NCBI GenBank assembly: GCA_048013815.1
Contig: CM106586.1
Coordinates: 19,406,001-19,470,000, forward strand
Direction of reading: 5' to 3'
DNA: 64,000 nucleotides
DNA from: Setoptus koraiensis
Lineage: Eukaryota > Animalia > Arthropoda
Position numbers and translations under genes: made by a program. A model generated the notes under the pieces. It did no database searches and was not told where the DNA came from. It saw only the letters and a list, made by a program, of their open reading frames with translations. Shown piece by piece: positions 22,894 to 36,108 of this stretch (positions within the stretch are counted from its first letter, which is position 1; every line of letters starts with the position of its first letter).

Positions 22894-25800
22894 GTTGTTT
22901 ACACAGATATAAGTTGATTAATTAATTATCCGGTTAAATGATTGGCTATAACCCGGCAAATTTCTTTCTCCACGGCGCTACATTTCACTGTAATGGCACA
23001 CAGAAACATATGATTTGAGTTTTTCAAACAAAAACAAAGCCTGCCCGTGCGCACGTTGCGCCGCATGCAGTGCACAATCACTTGCTTTGTCCCTGTCGGT
23101 GGTTGTTGCCCATCAATCTCTGCATTATTAATTCTGCAATCATTATTAATTAATAATTACATCGATTCAGTCGATATCAAATGCACTTTGGAAAGCGTAG
23201 CCTTTTTAGTTCAAAAGTAAATAATTTTGCGACCACCCTTTACGTATCAGGGGATGACCAACAAACCGCATGTCGTTGCTAAGGTGAGTTTGAGTTACTG
23301 CTGTAAAATTAACGCACTCTTCACCTTGTCTTCTCTCATGCTAATAATTAATAATTTCTTTCTTTTCTTGCCTCTAGTACTTTATTCACAGCCATCAGGA
23401 CATAGTTATGAGACAAAAGTCATTGTGGGCAGTGAGAAAATCCAATAAACTATCGAAGTTTTTCTAGTTATTGACATCAAGAAGTTCTCTTTGGCTTCAG
23501 TTATGATGCATCTCATGTCTGAAAAAGAATTAGACAAGATACTTCTTGCATTCTCTGAACATGCGGTTTTTCTAATGAGTCTTTCAGATAACTATTTTAT
23601 TATCACTCGCACATTCCTCGTGAGATTTCATACCAATGCTTTGTGTTTCTTTACATATATTGTTGAAGATGGCAATACCGATTAAATTTCTTAAATTAGA
23701 TTTCTAATCGAAAATTTGTGAACATGTTGACCATATCATCAGATCGAACTCTGGCAAGACAAGAATTTCTGGTAGGATACTCTTGGGGCCGCCAAAGTAT
23801 CTAGTCTTAATCATATCAGAAGCATTATACACAACGATCTCTAGTCCAATTATTACCAGTTGTCTTCATATATCCCCAGCAACAGATGGTGTTGAGCAAT
23901 GAATGGAAAAATCTTGGGGATAACTTCGACTAATAAAGTCTGTTGAAGAGGCTTTGAGAGGATCAATGGAGCAGTCAGACCAACGTTTATTGAGGCCAAT
24001 ATGACATCAGAGGCCAGTGCTCAGTTTTGCCTATGAGGCACCAGAAAATGATTGGCGTCAATCAATTCGTTAGCTATTAACGGATTTGTGATAAATCATT
24101 TGTCCCGCCGGACAAATATCCCGTCAACAAATTGTGCCGTGTTGCTGTCACGAGATTGTCCCATCGCTATGGTTGAAATTGCAACCGAATGCAAAATCAG
24201 CGGCGATAATTATTATTCGATTGACTAATAATTAATTGTATTCAATGTTGATTGGTTGGCATGGTCGCCAGCGGGCAGCTCACAATTGTCAGTGGCCAGC
24301 CGGTCGACTGTGACTCGTCTTTCATATTCATTCAAGTTTATTATCACTTGTCCCATTCATGTAGCGTGTCCTTTTTCCAGATTGTTGTTGTCCAATTGCT
24401 GAACACTAGCTGAACAACAATAATGACACGAGTGACAGCGGCAACGAGTGATAATTTTACCACTAGCACATTGACAGTTCAATTATCGTACGGAAGAGGG
24501 CCTCGACGATGCCCGTGCCCCGAATGGACATCATTGTACAGTTATGTCAATGTATTATGTAATCGTTGAAAGTGCCAACAGTTGCTCAAGTAGGTGTTAC
24601 AATTGAACATGTCATGTCATCGTGTAGATTAAATTATCATCACATTGAATTGATTGTTGACTATGGAGTGTCGATCGTTTAAATGTAGTCAGGTTGCGAT
24701 TGTGCCATGTCTCTGTTTGAATCATTCAAATTGAATCTGCATCTAGGCCCCCTGTGCGTCGACGAGCGAACTACAAACCAGCAAACCTGCTGCGTGACAG
24801 TGACTAAAAAATGGTTGCACCTTGTATCGGAGAGCTAGGCAAAACATTTGGCTGGCGGGGCGAGCTGCACATTAATTAACAAGGCAGAGAGCGAGAGTAA
24901 AGCTGAGTTAGAAGCGATAAGGGCGATAAAGTGGCGATCAATCAGGCGATAAGAGCAACTTCCTCGCCGGACTTGAGCTTCTTTCCTTGAATTTCGCATT
25001 GAATTTGCTTGCTGTTGGGCCTGCATTGGTGCATGGCCCGAGGAGATCATTGATTTTCGTATTATCAGATGTGTGAGTGGCATAGAAAGGGAGAGTGAGA
25101 GTGAGAGCGAAACATGAACTGAATTTGAAAATGCGCCAAGTGGCAGTAATATTAGACGAATAATGTTAATTGATTGACTTTCTGCTCAATTGTCATTCTC
25201 TGCACACTTACAAACACCATCAATCTTACACCTGAAACGTAACAAGTGCGCAAAAAGTTCAAACGGTGCCAATCAATTGTTAATGTGTGTGTGTGTGTCG
25301 GCCGGATAACTGGATCACCGGAAATCACTGGCAAGATAAACGAACTGTCTCATTAGGCGGGCAATTAACGCCACAGTTGTGACTGGGCACACACACAAGC
25401 CGGCCCGATTGACAACTTGTTCACTCTTTATTTCGTTTCGTCTTACTTTCGTTTCAGCCCGCCAACCGCTCGCCGGCCGATCGCTCATGCCCGCCGTCCG
25501 CCGTCCGCTGTCCGATCCGCCGGCCTGACCGCAACGGCAGCTCGACTTTGTTTGTTTATCCGCGGTCGCTCGCTGGTCGACGGGTCGGCCGGTCGGCCGG
25601 CTGGCCGGCCGGCGAGCAGCATCAGGCTGGCTTGTGTGTGTGGCTCTAATTATCTTGCATCATTATATGTTTTTCGCCATGAAATTAGAATGATAGATTG
25701 GCCAGAAAAAGCTGAGAGAGAGCTGATATGAATGAAATGATTTCGCCTGCACACTCAACGTCCATTCATGAATGTTGTCGCTGAGCTTTGTTAGGCGGCC

Positions 25801-27997
25801 CGGTAGTTTGTTGGGCCCTCGCACCTGTTGTTTGCCCACTGGCTGTCAAACTGTTTGAACAGATTGCATAGTATTGCGTCGCCCGTTGCTTGTGCCAGAG
25901 TGTTGATATATCTTTGTTGTTAATTATATTGGCCCGTTGAAGCCCGGCAATTAAGCGACACAAGCGCAAGCACAACAACAACATCAACATCAACAACAAT
26001 AATGATAATAATAATAAACTTGTCCTGTTGCCTATAAAGTATAAAGTGGCCTAAAAGCCGGAGCAAGTTCAATTGACCAACAGCGGCGCTTGTCGTCGAC
26101 ATTATTGTCGGTTGCTCGAGTTGTGGTGATGTTGTTGTCGGCAGGCAGCCGCTTCTCTATTGCGGCTCATCACCTGGCCGTCGCGACAATCCCGTCGTTG
26201 GTCGGCGTTTATCCGCCGGCCCAGTGCGTTTATCTCGGGCCCGCTCGTCTCGGCTTCGTTTGTCTCGGCTTCGTTCATCTCGACTACGTCTATCTGGACT
26301 ACGAACGGCTTGCCAGGGCCGCCAGAGGACAGTTTTAGCTGGCGACCAAATGCACTCTGCAAGCCGGCAGATCGCAGCCCGAGATAAGACCACGGCGGGC
26401 GTTATTTTTTATTGTTGTTTGTTGTGCAACAAGTTACATAATGATATATGAGTCATATGATAATATACGAGTTATATGATAATATATGAGAATGTATAAT
26501 AATAATATGTGTGCTTGATTGTTTTGGCGTTGCACGGCCATCCGGGCGACCAGCATCAGTGCGAGCCGAGAGGCCGGCCAGATGGGGCAAGCCGGACGGA
26601 TGGTGGCGCTGCTCTAGATGATTATCGTCGCCAAGCGATGATGATTGATGATTATCTGGCGTCGTCGTCGTCGTTGCTGCTGCTGCTGTTGTTGTTGTTG
26701 TTGTTGCTGCTGCTGCTGTTGTCGAGACGGCGGGCGAACACAGGTGAACGCAACACTGTTCACCTGTATTTGCTTAGATGCCGCCATCGATCCGCCTGTC
26801 TCGGCCATCGAGTTCGTTAGCGAGCGAGCCAATCGAGATTCTCATTACGATTATAATGGCCATGCCAGTGTGTGCTGTAATTCGACCGTCCGCTTCGAGT
26901 CCGCTTCGAATGCGCTTCGAATTCGCTTCGAATCCGCCCGCTCCGCCGAGCTGGCCAGTGGTCGAGCCAGCCACCCGGCTGGCCAGTTATGGCCGGTATT
27001 ATGGCCAGTATGATACACACAGTTATGAACACAGTTGATAGTTTTATCAGCACTAATCTCTTTCTTGGCCACTTTCATGCCACACACACACACACATTAT
27101 TTGCTAGCCTGCCGACTTATTATGTAACTTCCCGTTCATCGTTTAAGTGATGAGGAAGTGATCATTAATGAAGGGTTACACGCCATCTTACGTTGATGTC
27201 GCCAATCAACATGTGGTTCGTGTTGTATGTATGTGTGTGTGTGTTCAACTACTCCCACCCTACGCCACTAATTTATGCCTTATTGCGCAATCAAAATAAT
27301 AACGGTAATTATTTCACCGGCCGCCTGTGCACTCTCTTTGTGTGGCGCAATCTTTGCCCATGGCTTTAGATTAACTTTATCTAGACTCTACATTCTAGAG
27401 TCGGCTGTAGATTGCATAATGGCAATAATGGATGATGGTGGAAATGGATTATGGATTGGAGAGACAATGCGCTTTTTGTTTACTTTTTTATTTTATTAAT
27501 CAACAAAAATGCCATCTCAAGTTTTGATTGACATTGGCACGACATCGTGTATTTATATATAAATATGTATAGTTGCACAAACTGTTTCATGTTGATATAA
27601 TAATAATAACGATAATTGATGTCTATGTAAATATTTATATGTGTGCGATTGCCATTCTTTTTATTCATTCATACTTGTCGCCTACAATGTATCTTTTTCG
27701 TTCTCTAGCTATAGCTAGAAGCTATCTCGCTTTGGTCCTTCTTTTCTAGATACATTCGTTTGTTGTTGATGCTTTTTTTGCTCCAATTTTCTCCTTCTTT
27801 TACTTTTTTTAGTTAGTTAACGATGCGATGACAGACAGACAGACAGACAAACAAGCAAGCAAGCAAGCGAACACAATAACGCTATTACGTTACGTAATAA
27901 CACTAAATTGATTTCTTTCTTTCTTTCTTTTGTTGTTGTCGTCGTTGTTGTCGATGTTGTTGCTTGGTGACATTAATTAAACCATATTAATTCTCGT

Positions 27998-28758
27998 CTA
28001 GTATTGTGGTGCGTATTGATCGTGGTCTCCCTCATCAACTGAGGCGTATTGGCTTAGATCGTATTGTTGGTTGTTGTTTGAGTATGTCTGATGATCATTG
28101 CTTGCATAGGAGTCCATTGATTCGTAAGAAGATGGGGCACTGTATGATGGGGCACTGTATGATGGGGCACTGTAAGATGGCTCTGGGTATGAAGCAGCGT
28201 ACGATGGTTGGCTGTAGCTCTGTTGTGGGTAAGATGGGTACGATGGGTATGATGGGTACTGCTCGATTTGGGCGCGCGCGCGCGAGTGTGTTATAACATT
28301 ACGATTACATCATCATTATCCATTACATCCGGTTATAATGTGTGTGTGTGTGTGTTGACATAATGACAAATTTTGATAACAAGAGACAAGTTGATTAGAC
28401 AATGTATCTATTTGGCATAGAGGTGCGACTGGCGCGTGGTCATTAGTTGTCATTGCTGGTGTTTATTTGCATGGAGAAACAAAGTCAACACAAAGCAATT
28501 AATTAACGCAATCAATCGCGATTTATTAATTTGCGCGCAAAAACTTACCTTGGGTGGCAATTTCTGTTCAATGGCAATTGGGATTGGCAGAGGAAGTGGG
28601 AAAAAGCCTAATTGTCTGTGGAACTGATTCTTAAGTACGAGTGCTAATAAAGCGGCACTTTTGACCAATTTCTTTTTGCCGGCTTCTGCGGGTCTGGGCG
28701 CCAGGCTAATCAGGCAGGCGACAAGCACTGCTATTGATAGGATTTGTACGAACTTCAT
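27998..28758 (-). CDS. Secreted Tyr/Ser/Pro-rich protein (cuticle/eggshell-like composition), 2 exons, about 156 aa
   Basis: Exon 1 28758-28549: signal peptide MKFVQILSIAVLVACLISLAPRPAEA, then GKKKLVKSAALLALVLK...FFPLPLPIPIAIEQKLPPK, then a phase-0 GTAAGT donor. Exon 2 28258-27998 (tandem acceptors GAGCAG, alternative start 28261): YPSYPSYPSYPQQSYSQPSYAASYPEPSYSAPSYSAPSYSAPSSYESMDSYASN...DQYAPQY*, open for 87 codons. Confidence 0.85.
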
Positions 28759-28802
28759 TGTGATAATGTGTGTTGTTGGTTGCTGTTGACTGTTACGTGT
28801 GT

Positions 28803-28897
28803 CGGATATTCGGATGTTCGGATATTCGGATGTTCGGATATTCGGATATTCGGATATTCGGATATTCGGATATTTGGATATTTGGATATTTGGATAT
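28803..28897 (+). repeat. 8-bp (CGGATATT)n tandem repeat upstream of the secreted-protein gene
   Basis: About 12 units, with CGGATGTT and TGGATATT variants. Confidence 0.9.
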
Positions 28898-30660
28898 AGG
28901 TAAACAAATGCACAAACGATGCGGTTAGAATTGGTGCTTCTCGTATGCGTACGCGTTACAGGTAGAGAGGCGAAGATGTGAAGAATTATGTGTATATATC
29001 ATATGTGAATATATTATATAATTGTGTGTGTGTGTGTGTGTGTGTATGTGGATGCAGATACTAACGGTAAACAGAAAATGGATAAATAATAATAAAAAAT
29101 AAATAAATACTCTAGAGAGAATGTGTGCTTACTATACTATGGGTTTTTTTGTTTTTTGTCAGTTGTTGTAGGTCGATGATGAATAAACATAACTGATCGT
29201 TGAATGATGGTCATCAGTCATCATTGTCGTGCTTATATACGATTTTTCTGCCACCATTTCTCTGGCCTGTTGCGATTGCGTAACGTAGCAGCATGAGAGG
29301 CATAACAGTAAAAGGGGTATAACGTTGTTATGATGCGTGCACACTGCCAATCGGCTGGCCAGTGGGAGTCGACCTAGGTGGTGGTGTCGTTGTTGCTGTT
29401 GCTGTTGTTGTTGTTGTTGTCGTTGGCTGTTGGCAGTTTGCCCCTCAGTACAGGTAGCGGTCAGCGCATTTGCGAGCGAGGCAACCTAGCGAAGCAACAC
29501 CGACAGCACCGACAACAACAGCAACAACAGCAACAACAGCAACGACAGCAACAACAGCACCAACACCGACAACAGCAGCAACAACAACAACAACGGCAAC
29601 CACAGCTGATACTCGGGGCAATCCCAAGTTCGGGGCCGAGCGAGCTACTTATTGAGATCAACAGCGGCGTTATATTGAGGGGCAACAGGTAACGGAAAGC
29701 CGGCCAACAGGTAGTGGCAGCGTCGAGAAGTGTGCGGTTTCACTCTCACTTTGTGCTTTTCGCTGGCCAGCTCTTGACTGGCCAGCTTTTCACTGGCAAA
29801 CTTTTCACTAGTCGCTAGTTACGTAATAGTAGCGGTAACGGTAACGGTAACAAGTCAAGTGTGTGTCGTCATTAGTTGTTTGTTGCCGCCCACAATTGAT
29901 GATGATGATGATGCTCTGTGCCGGTTGTGCAAACCGTTAGTTGGTTACATCATCTTATCCGAGCAGAGTGTGCACATTTTTTCGCTTGTTTCATTCATGC
30001 TTGCAGTTAGTATTGTGGCCACTTGTTACGGCCATACTTGCGATCGGCGCCGGCGCTGCTGCCGCCGCCGGGTAGCGGCAATGATGCAATTTGCATTGCT
30101 ATTCCGTCCGCATACGTCCGTCCGCTCGCTCACCTTGCTCCGCACCGAGCCAAGCACAGCTCAGCTCAACTCAACTACCCGACCGGCTATCCGACCGCCC
30201 GACCGACCAGCTATCCGACCGCCCGACCGTCCGGCCGCCCGACCGCCTGACCAGACAGTCGGACGATCGAGCAAGCGAAATAGCGAAATAGCGAGACGGC
30301 GAGCAACAAACCGAATAAAAGAAATGTTGTTGCTGTCGCTCTTCCTTGGCGGATATGTTGCTCGAGGGGCTTACTGGTTACCCAAGCCGAGCGCTACCTG
30401 GTTAGTCAATAGTTACACAGTGCGCTGGCGATCGGCTGGCGTTTCGCAAACCGTTGACTGTTAGCGCGAACCGACGCAACCAGACAACGATAACAAACGG
30501 CGGACAGGTAGCAAATATTGAGCAGCTGCTCTCTCCGCGTTCTTTCAATATTCGCCCGATATCATCGCTCGCTCTCACGTTCGTTTGGCCCTCTTTTGGC
30601 GCTCGTTTGGCTCACTGTCGCCCTCTTTCGGCCCAAGTGGCTCAACTGCAGACCGCAGCC

Positions 30661-30720
30661 GAGTGACCAGCGGACGTCGCGAGTGACCAGCGAACGTCGA
30701 GAGTGACCAGCGAACGTCGA
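30661..30720 (+). repeat. 20-bp tandem repeat x3
   Basis: GAGTGACCAGCG(G/A)ACGTCG(C/A) three times with no unique spacers. Confidence 0.85.
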
Positions 30721-31158
30721 AAGCGACCGCTGGCTCGTTGAGACAATCGCATCGGATGGTGGCGACGACGTTTCAGAGATGGCCGAGCGGCACAAAGCTC
30801 GCGATTGAGTCGCCCTGAGCGAGGCTCAAATCGTTTGAATGGTCGCAATCGTTCATTTTGTTCAGATATTTCAATCAACAATGTAGCCGTGCAATGGTGG
30901 GCGCCGGTGGCGCCGTCCGTCCAGCGGGCTGGGAGCCTCGATTGCACGCTGTCGTGCGCTGTCGGGCTGTCGGGCCGCCGGCCGGACGCGGGCCGCGGCA
31001 CGCACCGGAGGCGCGCATGGCCGTTGCGCACTTACACTGTTGTAATTGATTTGGGCGGCCGTCGGGCCGCCATCGGGCCCGCCGATTGAATGGCTGCCAG
31101 CGATAACAAATTGTCAATAAAAGCGTAAATATTTGCCGCTCGCAAACAGCGCCCACCA

Positions 31159-31160
<2 letters not shown>

Positions 31161-31210
<50 letters not shown>
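31161..31210 (+). repeat. (AC)25 microsatellite
   Basis: Perfect dinucleotide run. Confidence 0.95.
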
Positions 31211-31213
<3 letters not shown>

Positions 31214-32934
31214 GTACAAATAGTGGCAATAAAAAGTGAAAAATAAAATGCCCGGCGCGATAATTGAGCCGCTGTCTGCTGATGGAGCCACCTGCGGGTT
31301 GCGTCGTGCCCGCCGCCATTGATCGCACACAGTAAAAACATGGACAGAGACAGGTGAATTTAATCAGTTGTTGCTGTTGTTGTTGTTGTCGTTGTTGTTG
31401 CTGTTGTTGTTGTTGCGACTGGCCAGATATCTGAGCAACGTGAGCAATAAACAACTGGCCACTGGCCGACGCCGCTTCGGCCATCGGCTGGCGATTGTTG
31501 TTGCATTGGCACACAATCGCGCGATAGGAAATGCGATGGCAATTGCATCTCGTACGTTTTATCTCATGATCTATGAGTGTCGTAGTGACGATGAGACGCC
31601 GACGGTCAGCGCTCGCTGGCCGGCGCTCGATGGTCAGCGGGCGCCTAGATAAAATAAATTTTATTTATCTGCGGCCATTTCGTGCGCTCTGGCGTGTGCG
31701 TGTGTGTGTGCTGGATTTGGCAAGCTCGTTTGCTGCTGGCGAGCCAATCACGGACAGCGAGCGAGTCAGCTGACGTTTGTTGTGGGACAGACAACAAGTG
31801 TTTTGCGACTCGCAACACCGGATGCCGTGCCTACACACACACTCACTGGCACTGACACAAGCGCTCGAGCGGACAAACGTTGCGCACAAACAAACAACAA
31901 AGTTGCTCGCTGTCAGTGGTCAGCTGACTTTGGTCAGTCAGTCTCGTTTAGTCGGTTATTAGCATGTATCAATTATCACCGTCATCGGCTGGCTGTGGCG
32001 CCGGCCCAAAATCAATATCTGGCCAGCTTAATGCTCGGGCATGTGGGTGAGAATGGTGCCACGAACAGAGGCCAACTTTGCTGAAGGTGAGAGGGCGAGC
32101 GACCAGAGAGAGAGAGAGCGAGCGAAGCCAGGTGAAATAAAACGCCGAGCTGCTCATTAGATTCAGATGGTCGCTGACCGGATGGCCGGCCGGCCGGCCG
32201 GCCGGCTGACTGGCCAATCGGCGGATATCGTCGGAGGCAATCTCAATTATTGCCATCGGTGGCAAGGCCACAGAGTGCGCAGAGTGGCCGGCAAACGAGA
32301 TCGCGTAATAACGGCAATAACACATTATATATTGCATGTTATATATTACACACATTGCGCATTATGTATTAGATATATTGGATAAGTTGCTGGAAATTGG
32401 CTATTGAGGATGGACGGTTAGCTTGTGTGCAACAGCGACAGCAACAACGACAGCAACAACGACAGCAACAACGACACACAGCTTATAAAGCTCGCGGAGA
32501 AAGAGATTAGACACATTTGTAGAAAGGTGAGTCAATTACTTGCATTGGCACACTAACTAGCCGCCGCTAGCTGCTCATATCAATTGTGCCGGTACAAGTG
32601 ACCCAGTCAACAGGTTGTTGTTACATATAAAACAAGTTACAGTTGCAGCGCTAATGTCGTTTGCTTTCATTGCGCTTGTTGTCGTTGTTGCATAATTAAC
32701 TCGCTGGCCCAACCACTGGCGCTGTTATTATTCCGAGAACAGTATTCCCGAGAAAGAAAGAGCCTAAATTATTTAACATCAACTAACAAACTGACGCCAA
32801 CAACCAAACCGGCAACCGACTCCCTCTCTCTCTCTGTCCACTCGTTGGTACCAACACTTGTTACTACCTGTTGCTACAATTATTACATAATATTGCTATA
32901 ATATTATTTAATATTATGTGTATTATGTGCATTG

Positions 32935-33010
32935 TGTGTGTTGTGTGTGTCGTGTGTGTTGTGTGTGTCGTGTGTGTTGTGTGTGTCGTGTGTGTTGTGT
33001 GTGTTGTGTG
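32935..33010 (+). repeat. 18-bp (TGTGTGTTGTGTGTGTCG)n compound repeat
   Basis: About 4 units. Confidence 0.85.
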
Positions 33011-35544
33011 CATTGGGCAACGACGCACACACACACGACAACCGTTGTCGGACGACGGCGACCAGTGGTCAGTTTAATCATGTCACACACACACACACAA
33101 ACGCGCCGGACGCAACGAATCGTCATCGTTTGGTCTCATTAGAGGGGCGCACTCAGAGGGGTATTATCGCTCATTATTATTATTATTACAATTAGATTAG
33201 GCTCTCAACAGGCATTGCATGTATTGTGAGTATCATGTATATTATGTGCATTATATGGCATTACCGTGAGCCGGCGCGCTATAATTCATAAATTACAGAC
33301 AAAATTTATAAATGGCCGCGTTGCCTAATTGCCGCCCTTTATTCCTGTTGTAATAATCGCGATATATATCTGGATATATCTGGATATATCTGGATATATA
33401 ATATATATCGTGAGCCAACTAGCAAGTTGCAGCTCAAAAACTCACAAGTCAGCAATGAGCACGCCATAGCTATTGACACAGCGAGCTAGTTACAGCGAGC
33501 TAAACACTCACTTGCAGTGTGAATAGCGAAATCAATTACAATTATCAAATCACTATATTACATAATCGCTTATGGCTGCCGGCCAAACGACTGAGAGCCC
33601 AATGAGAGCGCATTTGCACCATGTGCACACACAACTCAATGCATATACATCAAGCAAAAATCGTTGGTTGTTGGCTGACTTTGTGAGAACATCAAATGCA
33701 GCAATTAAACAGCTTCGATTGAGGTAGCAAACAGGTGAATTGGTGGTCACATGCAACTTGCAACTCGCTAATTGGTTTGCGGCCACCGGCAGTCGCTGAT
33801 TCACTTTCAGTGCGCCTCAATTTGCGATTTGCCCATCGGAGCCCAATTGGAAGCGAGCCGGCCAGTCAGCCTTGAAGCTGTCGATTTGTCGTTGCATCAA
33901 TCTATTATCATCGCCACTCTGCCTAAATGCGCCCTAACACAAACTGTAACAAACTGCAACAAACTGTAACAAACTGTGTGTTCCGGCCGCTCGCAGCAGC
34001 AACAACAACGACAACAACAATTATTGTTATTATTATTCACCTTGTTGGGCCACCAACAGCAAGGTGTTTAGTTGGCTCGCCGGCAGCTACAACATTCTGG
34101 CCAGACGAGCACAATAAACAATATTAGACAGGGCAATTCATTTGGTCGTCGCGCCGAGTGGTCAGCTGGGCTTGCTTTAATTGGCTTGGGGCTTCTTATA
34201 CAATATTGCCGGGCAATCAACTAGTTGGCCATTGGTCAGCTACTGCCAGCAACTTGCAAGCTACCTTACGAGCTGGTCAGCGTAACAGTGCGGCTGCAAC
34301 TCGGTATGGCATGCATACAAAAAAGTATGAGACGCCGACGACCAGCAAAAGAGACGAAAGAGCTCAAAATGAGAGCAAGTTTAATGGCGAAAGTTGCATA
34401 AGTTGCGAGTGAAAGTGTAAGCTGGTTTGTCCGGCTGATAACACACACACACACACAAATTGATACAGTTAGCCAAACTGGCCATCAGTGGACACAAACA
34501 ACTTGTAGTTGAAATGTTAAAATCAACCGACTGGACACTGCAAATACAAACACCACTCACATGTATAAAATATGTGTCGGCATTTAATCGGAATTATGTC
34601 ATTTCTGTTGATGGTGGTCGTCAATTTGGCCGCCGACACACAGGGATGCGCGCTGTGTCTCACTTTGTGACACAGTCTCTCACTCATATCCGCCTACGAC
34701 TCCCCAAATCCGTGCCGCCGCCGGATGCCCGCTGCCCGCTGCATGTGCCCGGGCACCGCGCCGCATACCCGGCCACTGCATATATATAGACTAGTCTATA
34801 TTAGAGTGGAGTTTATTTTATTTTATCATAGCATAGTCATAAGTCGCAATAGCAACTCTCTCTTGCGTCATGTACAAAAATGGCTCGTGGGCCGTTTAAC
34901 GCGCGCACTGCAATTGTTCAACTTGCAATGGTCAACTTGCAATTAATCCGGCCATTATCACTTGGCAAAAAGTGAAAGTAATCAATTATCGGCGACTCAG
35001 TTAGTCATTGCACTCCCGTTTTTGCCAGCAATTCCCGTAAGTGGCCCACTCTGGCTGCCGGCATGACCTGGCCTGGCTGTTTGACAGAGAAGCTGTCTCA
35101 AAAGAGCTGGCCGGGCTGGCCAAAGCAAGGCGAGCCCATGTAGCAATTTGTGCCAATATACCTGTGCACGCCAGATCTAAAGATGCACTCTCTCGAAACG
35201 GATATCGCAGTTCAGCTGACAGTGAGCAGATTTCTTTTCTTTTTCTGATCTTTTTTCCTTCATTCATGATCATTAGTTGGCACTGATTTTTGTTGAGCGG
35301 CCGCTATTCACGCGTGAATACCGGCCAAACAGTTGACAGCGCCAACAGTGATTTATTGTGCTCGTGCCTTGAAAAGTAGGCCTGCACTGTAAGTCGACAC
35401 TGACAGCACCGTTATTCGCCCTAGTCACGAGTCACGAGTCGCAATGGCGCCACTCGCCAGTGATAAACGAGTTCAGGTGTGTCGCTAGTGGCGGCTCGGC
35501 TCGTCGAGACAAGCTGAACATTGTTTGTTGTGTTTCCGTTGATT

Positions 35545-35610
35545 GTTTTCGCCAGTTTTCGCCAGTTTTCGCCAGTTTTCGCCAGTTTTCGCCGGTTTCC
35601 GCCAGTTTTC
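35545..35610 (+). repeat. 10-bp (GTTTTCGCCA)n tandem repeat
   Basis: About 6 units, about 500 bp upstream of the tubby ATG. Confidence 0.85.
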
Positions 35611-36108
35611 GCTCCAGTTGGCGCGCTCGCATTCACTGAACAGCACTGAAACGTGCCGCATTGCTGCAATGCCAATAGTCGCAAGCCAGCAAGCCGGCAA
35701 TTATTCTCATTTTACAATGGCAGTGATGGCTTGCTGGCCCCAAAATGACAGTCGACTGTGCGGCTGTGATCATGCGCGGCCAATCGGGTTGCCAATGGCA
35801 ACCGGTTGCAACCGCCCGCCGAGCGGCCAAGTATGACCCCGTCTGAGCGACAACACGGGCCCCCTGTGAGTGCGCGCTGCGGCGAGGGGCTAACGACCAG
35901 CCCAGCGATAGATTTGCAATTGTTGTCAGTGACAGTGTCTGGCCGAGGCGAGGTCAACTCCGCTGGGGCCCCTGGCAGTGTACGATAGTGGCCACTTGGG
36001 TGCGAACAAAAATGGTTTGCAAACATCCGTAAACATTGGTAAACATTCGTGAACATTGGTAAACATTCGCAAACATCTAAACACACCGTTCAAGAGATTG
36101 AGATTGCG

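Noticed and set aside
26090-26451. Several overlapping ORFs with 15-bp repeats (RSRDE-like on the minus strand)
   Set aside because: Four short frames are open because of GC richness and the repeat; none has recognisable homology or a convincing splice chain.
28006-28296. Plus-strand ORF with MGHC repeats
   Set aside because: Antisense of exon 2 of the secreted protein (SYSAP repeats).
29378-29692. Signal-peptide-like polyL plus polyQ ORF
   Set aside because: GTG start directly behind an in-frame TAG; both tracts come from microsatellites.
30661-30720. Direct-repeat arrays (also 59310-59378) as possible CRISPR
   Set aside because: Units abut with no unique spacers, there are no cas genes, and the context is eukaryotic.
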